Below are positions 9,604 to 18,354 of a stretch of DNA of 64,000 bases, in pieces. A model generated the notes under the pieces. The model saw only the letters and a program-made list of their open reading frames with translations, was not told where the DNA came from and did not search any database. Made by a program: the position numbers and the translations under genes. Source of the DNA: Micavibrio sp. UBA6145 (GTDB lineage Bacteria; Pseudomonadota; Alphaproteobacteria; Micavibrionales; UBA1664); contig DIUZ01000023.1 in assembly GCA_002423205.1 (NCBI GenBank), positions 638 to 64,637 on the forward strand. The letters run 5' to 3'. The stretch's first letter is position 1; the number at the start of each line of letters is the position of its first letter.

Positions 9604-10748
9604 GCGGGATGAAAAAAATCAATCTGTTTGTCGGCAGCGATATTGTGGCCCACCGCGAAATGGGCCCGGTCGTCGATCATATGATCAGCCGCGGTATCGA
9701 GCCTGTGCTGTATTACCCTGCGCACAAACCGTCCTCGAATCCGAATGCGTCGCAACAGATGTTCAAGGACTATGCGTTTTTTGAACGCGTGATCCTGCAG
9801 GAAGCGGTTTATCCGTTCCTGGAAGAACACCCGGCCCCGCATGCCCCTTTCTTTACACCCAACCAGGTCGCCGGCCTGAATAATCTGCAGGCACCCGTTG
9901 CCGTTGAAAACATCAACGATCCCGCTTTCTTTGAAAAAATTGCCGCTGACCCCAACGTCGTGGGCAGCATTTCCCTGCGCTGCACGCAGATGTTCGGTCT
10001 TGCCGCCACAAACGCACTGAAAAACGGCCACCGCTTCCTGCTGAACGTCCACTCGGGCCTTCTGCCGGAATTCCGCGGCCTGTACTCGACGCCGCGCGCC
10101 ATTGCAGAAGATCTGAGATCATCCAACGCGGATGAGCGCGGCGAATTCGGCTGCACCCTGCACCATATCGACCCGTATATCCCGGCCAACGGCAATAATC
10201 CGCACCAGGGCATCGATACCGGCAATATTGTCGACCTGCGTTCGCGTACGATTGAACCGGGCCGCACGGTGTATGCGACCAATATTGACCTGTCGGCCAT
10301 GGGTGCCAGCGCCGTGACCAAGGTTATCGACCGTTACATGTCAGGCGAAAGCCTGCGCGGTTATCCGCAAGAAAACAGCAAGGGCCGGTACTTCTCATAC
10401 GCCAGCGCGTCAGAACTGGAAGAATGGGACCGTCTGGGCCTGAAAATGTATGATGCTTCGGAAGTCGTCCGCACGCTGATTTCGACCTTCAGCGTCCCGG
10501 GCTCGGACCATGCCGAGGAACTCGACCGCGTCATCCGCAAAGCCATCACTGATTACCAATCCGCGCAGCACAAAGTTGCCACACCGGTCGTTTATAACGG
10601 CGGCAGCAACAACAACGCCGATCCGGTCATCAGCCAGGCGGCTTTTGGCAAGGCTGCGAACGGCAGCACCGCAACGCAACGTCCCGCACGCCGCCGCGAC
10701 GCATCCAGCCTGGGTGCAGGCCTTACGGCACGTCCGGGCATGGCATAA
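9600..10748 (+). CDS. formyltransferase-fold protein (Fmt/PurN-like core with a low-complexity C-terminal tail)
   Basis: LLNVHSGLLPEFRG matches the NxH..LLP..RG motif, and CTLHHIDPY...GIDTGNIV matches the catalytic Asp region. The start overlaps the XRE stop (ATGA). Confidence 0.6.
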   Translation: MSGMKKINLFVGSDIVAHREMGPVVDHMISRGIEPVLYYPAHKPSSNPNASQQMFKDYAFFERVILQEAVYPFLEEHPAPHAPFFTPNQVAGLNNLQAPVAVENINDPAFFEKIAADPNVVGSISLRCTQMFGLAATNALKNGHRFLLNVHSGLLPEFRGLYSTPRAIAEDLRSSNADERGEFGCTLHHIDPYIPANGNNPHQGIDTGNIVDLRSRTIEPGRTVYATNIDLSAMGASAVTKVIDRYMSGESLRGYPQENSKGRYFSYASASELEEWDRLGLKMYDASEVVRTLISTFSVPGSDHAEELDRVIRKAITDYQSAQHKVATPVVYNGGSNNNADPVISQAAFGKAANGSTATQRPARRRDASSLGAGLTARPGMA

Positions 10749-10774
10749 GCCTTAATTATTCGTGATTTTCAATG

Positions 10775-10803
10775 CACCCGGCCTTAAAAGCCGGGTGTTT
10801 TGC
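10775..10803 (+). terminator. intrinsic terminator
   Basis: Hairpin cacccggc-cttaaaa-gccgggtg followed by ttttgctt, 27 nt after the stop at 10748. Confidence 0.75.
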
Positions 10804-10858
10804 TTATAGGCACCAGCCCCTCATTGTTTTTGAGGGCCAATCGCCATAAATTAGTGGA

Positions 10859-12847
10859 ATGATTCACGCACCCGACTTCGCCAGCTACAAAGACTTTGAT
10901 TACATCACCGCCATCAAGGACCGCATTGCCATTGCACGCGGACGGATCGGCGACCTTAAAAAATCCGGGAAATCGGATTTCTCGGTCATTGTTGACCTTG
11001 AGACCTGTGACGAGGAATTGTCGCAGGTGCTTGAAGTCTTCTACAGCCTGCTCGGCACCGATACCAACGATACGATGCAGGCACTGGCGCAGGAAATCGG
11101 CCCGATCTCGTCTGAATTTTCATCCGAGGTGTCGCAGGACCAGGAATTATTCGCCCTGGTTGATACGCTGTGGAACAAGCGCGATACACTGAAGCTGGAC
11201 AAGGCGCAGTACGCGACGCTGGAGAAACACTGGAAAGGCTTCGTGCGCAACGGCGCATTGCTGGACGACGCCGGTAAAGCGAAGCTCAAGGATATCGACA
11301 CCGAGATGTCGAAACTGGGCCCACAGTTTTCGGACAATATGCGCAAAAGCGCCAAGGCCTTTGAATTGCTGATCACAGCGAAAGCCGATCTCGCCGGCCT
11401 GCCGGAAAGCGCGACTACCGCCGCCAAGGAAGAAGCCGAAGCCAAGGGCCATAAGAACGCGTGGCTGTTCACGCTTGATTACCCGTCTTACGTGCCGTTC
11501 ATGACCTACGCGGATAATCGCGACCTGCGCGAGTCAATGTGGCGCGCGTTTGCGTCCCGCGGCTTTGGCGGCGATTTCGACAACCAGGAGCTGGTCAAAA
11601 AGATCACTGGCCTGCGTCATGCCCGCGCCAATCTGCTGGGCTATAAAACCCACGCCAATTTCGTGCTGGAACGCCGCATGGCGGAAACGCCGGAACGCGT
11701 GCTCGCGTTTCTGGAACGTCAAAAAAGCGTGGCACAGCCGATCGCCAAGCGCGAGCTGGAAGAGCTTAAGGCATTCGCCGGGGTGCCGCTCAAGCCCTGG
11801 GATGTCGGGTATTACAGCGAGAAGCTGAAACAGAAAAAATACGCTTTTGATTCCGAGCAGCTGCGCCCATATTTTTCGGTCGACGACGTGCTCAAGGGGT
11901 GCTTTACCCACTGCGAAAAACTGTTCGGCCTGACATTCAAGCCCGCCAGCGGATATTCCACCTATCATCCCGAAGTGCAGACATTCGAAGTCGTCGACAC
12001 GGCCACGGGCAATGCGCTGGGTCTTTTGTATGCTGACTTTTTCCCGCGTGATGGCAAGAATTCCGGCGCATGGCAGGGCACGTTCCGCGAGCGCCGTATC
12101 CAGCGCGACGGCAGCACCGGCCTGCCGCTGTCGGTGATCGTATGCAATTTCACGAAGCCGACCAAGGATAAGCCGTCATTGCTGTCGTTTGATGAGGTTG
12201 AGACGCTGTTCCACGAAATGGGCCACGCGCTGCATACCCTTCTGACGGTCATCGATTACCCCAGCGTTTCAGGTACATCCGTGCACTGGGATTTCGTCGA
12301 ACTGCCCAGCCAGATCATGGAAAACTGGCTGACGGAGAAAGAAACCCTCGACCTGTTCGCGCGTCATTACCAGACGGGTGAAACGATTCCGCAAAACCTT
12401 CTGGATGCGCTCACCAAGTCGCAAAACTTCATGTCGGGCTGGTTCGTGATGCGCCAATTGCAGTTCTGCCTTCTGGATATGGCGTGGCACATGACCGACC
12501 CGGCCACGATTGGCGACGTGCTGACGTTTGAGCGCAGCGTGCTCGACCCCCTCGCCCTGCTGCCGTATGAAGCGGGTTGCGGGACCACGTCCTTCAGCCA
12601 TGTATTCGCGGGCGGGTATTCGGCCGGGTATTACAGCTATCAATGGGCTGAAGTTCTGGACGCCGATGCGTTCGCGATGTTCAAGGAACAGGGCCTGTAC
12701 AATGCCGGTGTTGGCCTGGCATTCCGCGACCATATCCTGTCGCGTGGCGGGTCTGAGCCGCCGCTGGAGCTGTTCCGCCGCTTCCGTGGCCGCGAACCGG
12801 ACCCGGATGCGTCGCTGCGCCGCAAGGGTCTGCTGGACGCGGCTTGA
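10859..12847 (+). CDS. dcp: M3-family peptidyl-dipeptidase / oligopeptidase
   Basis: 662 aa with zinc motif FHEMGHALH and M3-family sequence throughout. Confidence 0.85.
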   Translation: MIHAPDFASYKDFDYITAIKDRIAIARGRIGDLKKSGKSDFSVIVDLETCDEELSQVLEVFYSLLGTDTNDTMQALAQEIGPISSEFSSEVSQDQELFALVDTLWNKRDTLKLDKAQYATLEKHWKGFVRNGALLDDAGKAKLKDIDTEMSKLGPQFSDNMRKSAKAFELLITAKADLAGLPESATTAAKEEAEAKGHKNAWLFTLDYPSYVPFMTYADNRDLRESMWRAFASRGFGGDFDNQELVKKITGLRHARANLLGYKTHANFVLERRMAETPERVLAFLERQKSVAQPIAKRELEELKAFAGVPLKPWDVGYYSEKLKQKKYAFDSEQLRPYFSVDDVLKGCFTHCEKLFGLTFKPASGYSTYHPEVQTFEVVDTATGNALGLLYADFFPRDGKNSGAWQGTFRERRIQRDGSTGLPLSVIVCNFTKPTKDKPSLLSFDEVETLFHEMGHALHTLLTVIDYPSVSGTSVHWDFVELPSQIMENWLTEKETLDLFARHYQTGETIPQNLLDALTKSQNFMSGWFVMRQLQFCLLDMAWHMTDPATIGDVLTFERSVLDPLALLPYEAGCGTTSFSHVFAGGYSAGYYSYQWAEVLDADAFAMFKEQGLYNAGVGLAFRDHILSRGGSEPPLELFRRFRGREPDPDASLRRKGLLDAA

Positions 12848-12945
12848 TGCGGCCACGGTCGTCGCATGACGGCAAAGCCGTCGGGGGCCGCGAACCGGAC
12901 CCGGATGCGTCACTGCGTCGTAAAGGCCTGCTGGACGCTGCTTAG
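12788..12945 (+). repeat. direct duplication of the last 60 nt of dcp (copies 12788..12847 and 12886..12945)
   Basis: The copies differ at six third-codon positions and in the stop codon (TGA versus TAG). Both translate to GREPDPDASLRRKGLLDAA*. The 38-nt spacer contains the hairpin gacggc-aaa-gccgtc. Confidence 0.9.
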
Positions 12946-13832
12946 AACAATTCCTGCAACATGCAGCGCGCTGATCCGCCGCCATAGGTTTCTATGGTCG
13001 GAATTTTGGCGGTGATGATTTTTGTGTAGTGTTTTTGCAGGGCGGCCATTTGCACGGCATTCAGGGTGTCATAGGCCTGCTGTGATACGGCGAACATAAA
13101 CGCATCGTCCGCACCACGCACTTCCAGCGCGTTGCCGCAGAATGATTTCAGCTGGTCATTGTTGAATTCCACGACTTCTCGGTGTTTTTTGAGCGATGCC
13201 AGCACGCGTTCGCGGTCGTTTTCGTCAATGGCACCGGGGCAGATACCGGCAATGTCCGTCCCGATCCATATCACCAGATCGGTGTGATAGACCGGTTTGC
13301 CGCGATGGTCCTGTGTATTGAAAACAACAAGTTCATAGCCCAGTTTTTCGCACCAGTCGCGTGCCAGCCCCTCATCCGTGCGGGCGGACAGGCCGCAATA
13401 GGCGATGTTGTTCACGCGGTCGAGTACAAGAGACCCGGTGGATTCCAGCGCGCGGCCCCCATTTTCATGCACGGTCATGTCGGCCTTCATACCATAGCGA
13501 TCCGTCAGCACCTGGATCAGGGCGGGCAGTCGTTCGGCGCGGCGGTTGGGCGTGAGCATGGGGTAGATGACAAGACCGTCATCATGCGTGGAAAACCAGT
13601 TGGGAAACAGGGCATCAGGCGATGTGCGGGGGCCCTGCACGGTTGTGACGAAAACGCCCGCCTCTACCAAAGCATCACGAAAGCCGCGGAATTCACTCAG
13701 GTATTTTGCGGCGACAATCTCAGCGGGTTCATGAACATCAATCTGGTAATCATTGGTTTCCGCAGTTTCCGGGTTGTACCCGGCGTCAACGGGTTCGATC
13801 ATCAGGATGTGGCGGGTGGATTGCCTTGTCAT
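12942..13832 (-). CDS. amidinotransferase-superfamily hydrolase (arginine deiminase-related / CtlX-like)
   Basis: N-terminus ILMIEP..GYNPETAETN and C-terminal GGGSARCMLQELF are typical of this guanidino-group-modifying fold. Confidence 0.65.
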   Translation of the reverse strand: MTRQSTRHILMIEPVDAGYNPETAETNDYQIDVHEPAEIVAAKYLSEFRGFRDALVEAGVFVTTVQGPRTSPDALFPNWFSTHDDGLVIYPMLTPNRRAERLPALIQVLTDRYGMKADMTVHENGGRALESTGSLVLDRVNNIAYCGLSARTDEGLARDWCEKLGYELVVFNTQDHRGKPVYHTDLVIWIGTDIAGICPGAIDENDRERVLASLKKHREVVEFNNDQLKSFCGNALEVRGADDAFMFAVSQQAYDTLNAVQMAALQKHYTKIITAKIPTIETYGGGSARCMLQELF

Positions 13833-15280
13833 GATTTCTTTCGTTTTGTGGTCTTTTTATTATACCCGGTTTCACCGGTTTTCGCATCTTCCAGCGACAG
13901 GCCATGGCGGGGCAGAATGTCGGCCTGGCGTTTTTTCATGGCGGCAAGGTCGAAGCCGTCAATCATCTCATTGAACAGTGTGTGCCAATTGACCCTGGCC
14001 TGCAGGTGAATGAATACGGACCCCAGCCCCAGCGCGGCGCGGTCCATGAACACGAATTCGCGCGGAATGATCAGGCCGCCGCCGCTTTGCGCGCCCAGTT
14101 CGCCCAGACGCTTGTGCACGGCCGCTGCCGTTTCGCGGCCATACATGCCGCCGCCTTCGGATCGTTTTTTGCTTTCGCCGATAACGCGTACCTTGTCATC
14201 CAGAACGGGGCCATAGAGAAAACGCGCCCATGTGTTGAGCACTTCGATGAGTTCCTTGGAGAGGTTTTTGAAGCCCCAGCTTTCATACGCATGCACGGCC
14301 TGCGCCGTATCGTTTTTCTGCAGGGCGCGGTAGAGGCCGATGACGCCGCCGACAAATTCGGGACGGAAAATGCGCACACATCCGAAATCCAGAAGGTTGA
14401 GACCGTTGTCGGAACGCACCGAGTAATTGCCCAGATGCGGGTCACCGTGAATGATACCGTAATAATAAAGCGGCACATACCAAGCACGAAACAGGTTCAT
14501 CGCGATTTCGTTACGCTGTTCCTGCGGCGCGTCCTTGAATTCAAGGATCTTGCGGCCATCGAGCCACGTTGATGTAAGCAGACGTCCAGTCGAGAGTTCT
14601 GGTACGATTTCGGGTACCGATATATTCTTTTCATCCCGCAGCATATCGCTGTAAATCGCGCCGTATTTGGCTTCGAGCGTGTAATCCAGTTCTTCACGCA
14701 GGCGCACGGCCAGTTCTTCGTGGATGTGGCTTGTATCAATGGCGCTGTCGGCGCGTTCATACAGGCTGAAGATCAGTTTAAGCTGGTTTAAATCAGCCTC
14801 GATCGCGGAGGCCATGTCGGGATATTGCAATTTACACGCAACAACGCGGCCATCATGCAATGTGGCCTTGTGCACCTGGCCCAGCGATGCGGCGGCGGCG
14901 GCTTCGTGTCCGAAGTCCTTGAATTTTTTTTCCCAGCCATCGCCAAGTTCGTTTTTCATGCGGCGGCGGACGAAGGGCCAGCCCATGGGCGGGGCATTGG
15001 ATTGCAGTTCCTGCAACGCACGGGCGTATTCCGGTGGCAGGGCTTCAGGGATGGTGGACAGGATTTGCGCAACCTTCATGATTGGGCCCTTCAGCGCCCC
15101 GAGGGCGGCCAGCAGGTCGCGTGCGTGCGTATCGCGGTCGATATTCAGGCCCAGAAACTTCTCCCCCGCCAGGCGCGCGGCAAGCCCGGCCATGGTGGCG
15201 GAAACCTTGGTATAGCGGCCAATACGGCTGGTGAGACGGCTGTCATCCTTCATGTCACATAGATGGCCTGATTTGGCCAT
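13829..15280 (-). CDS. ABC1/UbiB-family atypical kinase
   Basis: KGPIMKVAQILSTIPEALPPEYARALQELQSNAPP plus a kinase-like HGDPHLGN motif. Its stop overlaps the start of the downstream gene by 4 nt. Confidence 0.8.
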   Translation of the reverse strand: MAKSGHLCDMKDDSRLTSRIGRYTKVSATMAGLAARLAGEKFLGLNIDRDTHARDLLAALGALKGPIMKVAQILSTIPEALPPEYARALQELQSNAPPMGWPFVRRRMKNELGDGWEKKFKDFGHEAAAAASLGQVHKATLHDGRVVACKLQYPDMASAIEADLNQLKLIFSLYERADSAIDTSHIHEELAVRLREELDYTLEAKYGAIYSDMLRDEKNISVPEIVPELSTGRLLTSTWLDGRKILEFKDAPQEQRNEIAMNLFRAWYVPLYYYGIIHGDPHLGNYSVRSDNGLNLLDFGCVRIFRPEFVGGVIGLYRALQKNDTAQAVHAYESWGFKNLSKELIEVLNTWARFLYGPVLDDKVRVIGESKKRSEGGGMYGRETAAAVHKRLGELGAQSGGGLIIPREFVFMDRAALGLGSVFIHLQARVNWHTLFNEMIDGFDLAAMKKRQADILPRHGLSLEDAKTGETGYNKKTTKRKKS

Positions 15281-15315
15281 TTTATCCAGCCCCTGTTTAG
15301 CCTATTATCAATCCC

Positions 15316-15903
15316 ATGAGCCAACAGACCCTGAAAGACCGGATCGCCCTGCGCGCCCTTGCCGATGCCCCGCATGAGGGTTGGGATAAAAATGCCCTGC
15401 GCCGTGCCGCCGAGGCCGAAGGCCAGAAGCCGCAGATGGCGGATGCCCTTTTTTCCAGCATGGACGGTGCCACGCGATATGTGAGCGATGTATTCGACCG
15501 CATGCTGGCCATGCAATTGCAAAGTGTTGATACCAGTGACATGAAAATACGCGACCGCATCACCTATGCCGTGCGCACGCGCCTGGACATCATGGCACCG
15601 TACCGGGAGGCGCTTCGCGTCATCATGGCGCACTGGGCGCGGCCCCTGCGGTCGGTGCGTGCCGCAAGGGCGTTGTGGTCGTCCGCTGACCGCATCTGGA
15701 CATGGGCGGGTGATACATCGGCCGATTACAACCGCTATACCAAGCGCGGGCTGCTGTCCGGCGTGATGGCGAGCACGATTTTATTCTGGCTGCAGGACCA
15801 ATCCCCTGCGCATACGGCGACGCGCCAGTTCCTGGACCGCCGCATCAGCAATGTTTTGACCGTGGGCAAAGTGCTTGGGTCCTTCAAAAAGAGAGCCGCA
15901 TGA
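15316..15903 (+). CDS. COQ9-family protein (rpsU-divergently-transcribed protein family)
   Basis: LKDRIALRALADAPHEGWDKNALRRAAEAEG...ALF and the helical remainder match the bacterial COQ9-family pattern. Confidence 0.7.
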   Translation: MSQQTLKDRIALRALADAPHEGWDKNALRRAAEAEGQKPQMADALFSSMDGATRYVSDVFDRMLAMQLQSVDTSDMKIRDRITYAVRTRLDIMAPYREALRVIMAHWARPLRSVRAARALWSSADRIWTWAGDTSADYNRYTKRGLLSGVMASTILFWLQDQSPAHTATRQFLDRRISNVLTVGKVLGSFKKRAA

Positions 15904-16472
15904 AAAAGATCCTGATCCTGTGTGCCATGATGGTTATGTCGGGCCCTGCCATTGCCGCGGATGATCTGAACAGCATCTACACGCCCTACACCGCCGATAC
16001 CGAACGCATGATGGACAAGCCGCATCGCGGGATCAGCGAACTGGGCGCATGGCTTTCTGAAACGGTGGCCGGCACATTGCAATTCAGCCCCAACAAGGCC
16101 GCGCAGAAACTGCGCGACGTGCGCCCGTTATTCACGGATGCCGGTTTTAAATCGTATACGGATTTTCTTGTGGCGCAGGGATACGGCGACGCGCTGCAAA
16201 AACAGACGCTGGAGATGACCAGCATCGTCAATTCCATCCCGATGCTGATCGGTCAGGGCGCAAGCGCCGGCCGTTATGCATGGGCCTATGAAATGCAGGT
16301 GGTCCTGACTGCCACGCAAAAGGGTATGGCCCCAGTCAACAAGGCCATCACCCTGCGTATTCAGGTCGGCCGCAATATCAACGGCGCGGCCCCCATGGGC
16401 GTTTTAATTGAAAGCTGGCAGGTGTTTACAGAACCCACAAATGACAGTGGACAACCCCGTACCGCCCCTTGA
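15900..16472 (+). CDS. DotI/IcmL-like periplasmic protein
   Basis: Signal peptide MKKILILCAMMVMSGPAIA. The core LFTDAGFKSYTDFLVAQGYGDALQKQTLEMTSIVNSIPMLIGQGASAGRYAWAYEMQVVL fits my recollection of the IcmL/DotI domain. The start overlaps the COQ9 stop (ATGA). Confidence 0.5.
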   Translation: MKKILILCAMMVMSGPAIAADDLNSIYTPYTADTERMMDKPHRGISELGAWLSETVAGTLQFSPNKAAQKLRDVRPLFTDAGFKSYTDFLVAQGYGDALQKQTLEMTSIVNSIPMLIGQGASAGRYAWAYEMQVVLTATQKGMAPVNKAITLRIQVGRNINGAAPMGVLIESWQVFTEPTNDSGQPRTAP

Positions 16473-16532
16473 TGGCCGGACGCCCGTTTATGTAGGGTGT
16501 CCCTGTTCCAAAAAACCCAAGGAGTTCAGTTG

Positions 16533-16823
16533 ATGGCCAGCCCGTCCCGCGTTGAAACTATTGCCAATGACACCAAAGAAGCATCCGACGTCGGCGGCGT
16601 AGCAGGCGTGCGCCTGAAACAGCTGGTTGAGCGCATCGAGCGCCTTGAAGAAGAAAAGGCCTCCATCGGCACGGACATCAAGGACGTGTACGGCGAAGCC
16701 AAAAGCACCGGTTTCGACGTTAAAACCATCCGCAAACTGATCCGCCTGCGCAAAATGGACGAGCAGAAGCGCAATGAAGAAGACGAACTGCTGGACCTGT
16801 ACCGCGCCGCCATCGGCCTGTAA
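16533..16823 (+). CDS. gapR: GapR-like DNA-binding protein (DUF2312/UPF0335)
   Basis: LKQLVERIERLEEEKASIGTDIKDVYGEAKSTGFDVKTIRKLIRLRKMD...LLDLYRAAIGL closely parallels Caulobacter GapR. The ATG at 16533 is preceded by AAGGAG. Confidence 0.85.
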   Translation: MASPSRVETIANDTKEASDVGGVAGVRLKQLVERIERLEEEKASIGTDIKDVYGEAKSTGFDVKTIRKLIRLRKMDEQKRNEEDELLDLYRAAIGL

Positions 16824-16846
16824 TTGCCTTTTAGGTCAAGCTATTG

Positions 16847-16876
16847 AAAAGACAGCCACTTTTGGCTGTCTTTTTG
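16847..16876 (+). terminator. intrinsic terminator
   Basis: Hairpin gacagcc-actttt-ggctgtc followed by tttttgc. Confidence 0.75.
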
Positions 16877-16925
16877 CATGGCGGCAACAATCGTATAAAA
16901 TTGTAGGGATCATTAAATCTTCATT

Positions 16926-17471
16926 ATGCAACGTGCCTTATCATGCAAATACATGAGCAAGCACACCAACCACAAAGCCACCAAAGACGGCGTCAAGCCG
17001 CGGGCACAACAAAGCCTTCTGGACAGCCTTGGCGCTGTGTCCGTCGCCATCGCAGCGATGCCGGAAGACAGCAGACCGACCGCCAAGTCGATTTCCGAAC
17101 AATTCATGCGCACGGACGTGCTTTTGTCTGCGCTGTACAAGCAGATCCTGGATGCGCGTGCCAACCTGGCCGCCCTCGTCGCCAAATATGGTATGGGCGA
17201 TGCGATGGTGGATACCCTGACATTCAACCTCAGCGCCCTGGAAGCCGCGTATGCGCAGCGCCTGTCGCTGCTGCGTAAGCGCCGCGAAGAACAGTCGCGC
17301 GGTGCCAAGACCATCGATCTGGCGGAAGAAGCCAAGGCCAAAGCATGGGCGCAACCGTATCACGAGCCGCGTAAACGCAACTCCCTGTGGTTCCTGGCGG
17401 CGATCATGTATATCGACAGCGTGAACGCAAAAACGCCCAGCGCGTATACGCCGGGCGCGTCAGCCGCCTGA
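16926..17471 (+). CDS. hypothetical protein (181 aa; alternative start at 16953)
   Basis: Open frame with coding-like composition, helical and Ala/Leu-rich. No family recognised. Confidence 0.4.
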   Translation: MQRALSCKYMSKHTNHKATKDGVKPRAQQSLLDSLGAVSVAIAAMPEDSRPTAKSISEQFMRTDVLLSALYKQILDARANLAALVAKYGMGDAMVDTLTFNLSALEAAYAQRLSLLRKRREEQSRGAKTIDLAEEAKAKAWAQPYHEPRKRNSLWFLAAIMYIDSVNAKTPSAYTPGASAA

Positions 17472-17487
17472 TAAAGTCTGAAATTCT

Positions 17488-18267
17488 TTAAAAGCTTGTG
17501 ACCGCGGACTGGTAAGCCGCGTTCATGGCTTTTTCAGCGTTGTCGTCATTTGCCGCGATGGCAGTTGCGAAAGTCGTACCGTTCATCTGCGCCGCATTCA
17601 TGACCGCCATATCGAGGGCCGATACGGTTACATCATCATTCATGGCCACCAGACGAATGGCACCGTTGTCGCGCACGGCGGCAAAGGCGTCGCGCGTGGC
17701 GTGGGCAATTGCGGTCCAGTCATTGATAATGTCTATCGCAACACCTTCAGGTGCAGGCACGGCCGCGCTGATCATCATCAGCATGGCGGCTTCGGCCTTA
17801 ACCGCGGCGGCGGAAATCTGGCGCACATCGTTCCAGCCAGCGGCGTTTTCAATGTGAAGGGCCACGATCTGCATCTGGCCCTTTTTCATGTTGGCGGCAA
17901 TATCTTCGGCGGAAGATGCAATCACGTTGGTCGGCAGAATTTTGCCAAGCTGGACGCGCATGACATCAACCATCGATGCACCGGCGGCCGTCATCCAGCC
18001 ATGCGCCTGAAAACCGCAGCATGAAATGCGGGCATTGTCCTCGATCATATCGGAACAGATAGATGCGAAGACGTTTTGTGCCGGCGGCACGGCGCGCCAG
18101 GCGATCGCCATCGCGCCCATCTCTACGAAGGCATTTTCAATGGTGATGGCATCGATCCATGACGCGGCGATACGACGGGCGGTGGATTCGCTGAGTTGCG
18201 CATTGTCTGTATGCGCATTGTCGTGAGCGACCAAATTTTTACGCGCAAGCGCGAGTGATGACAGCAT
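17488..18267 (-). CDS. hypothetical Ala-rich protein (259 aa)
   Basis: Open frame with no recognised family. A possible internal two-fold similarity exists between IDAITIENAF...AIAWRAV and IVALHIENAA...ISAAAV. Confidence 0.4.
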   Translation of the reverse strand: MLSSLALARKNLVAHDNAHTDNAQLSESTARRIAASWIDAITIENAFVEMGAMAIAWRAVPPAQNVFASICSDMIEDNARISCCGFQAHGWMTAAGASMVDVMRVQLGKILPTNVIASSAEDIAANMKKGQMQIVALHIENAAGWNDVRQISAAAVKAEAAMLMMISAAVPAPEGVAIDIINDWTAIAHATRDAFAAVRDNGAIRLVAMNDDVTVSALDMAVMNAAQMNGTTFATAIAANDDNAEKAMNAAYQSAVTSF

Positions 18268-18354
18268 GTTTTGTTTCCCCCGAAACTTTTTAGGTCATTC
18301 CTTACTTCGCCAACGCTAGCACGTGGTTCAGAAAATCCGCAAATTTTGAAATTA

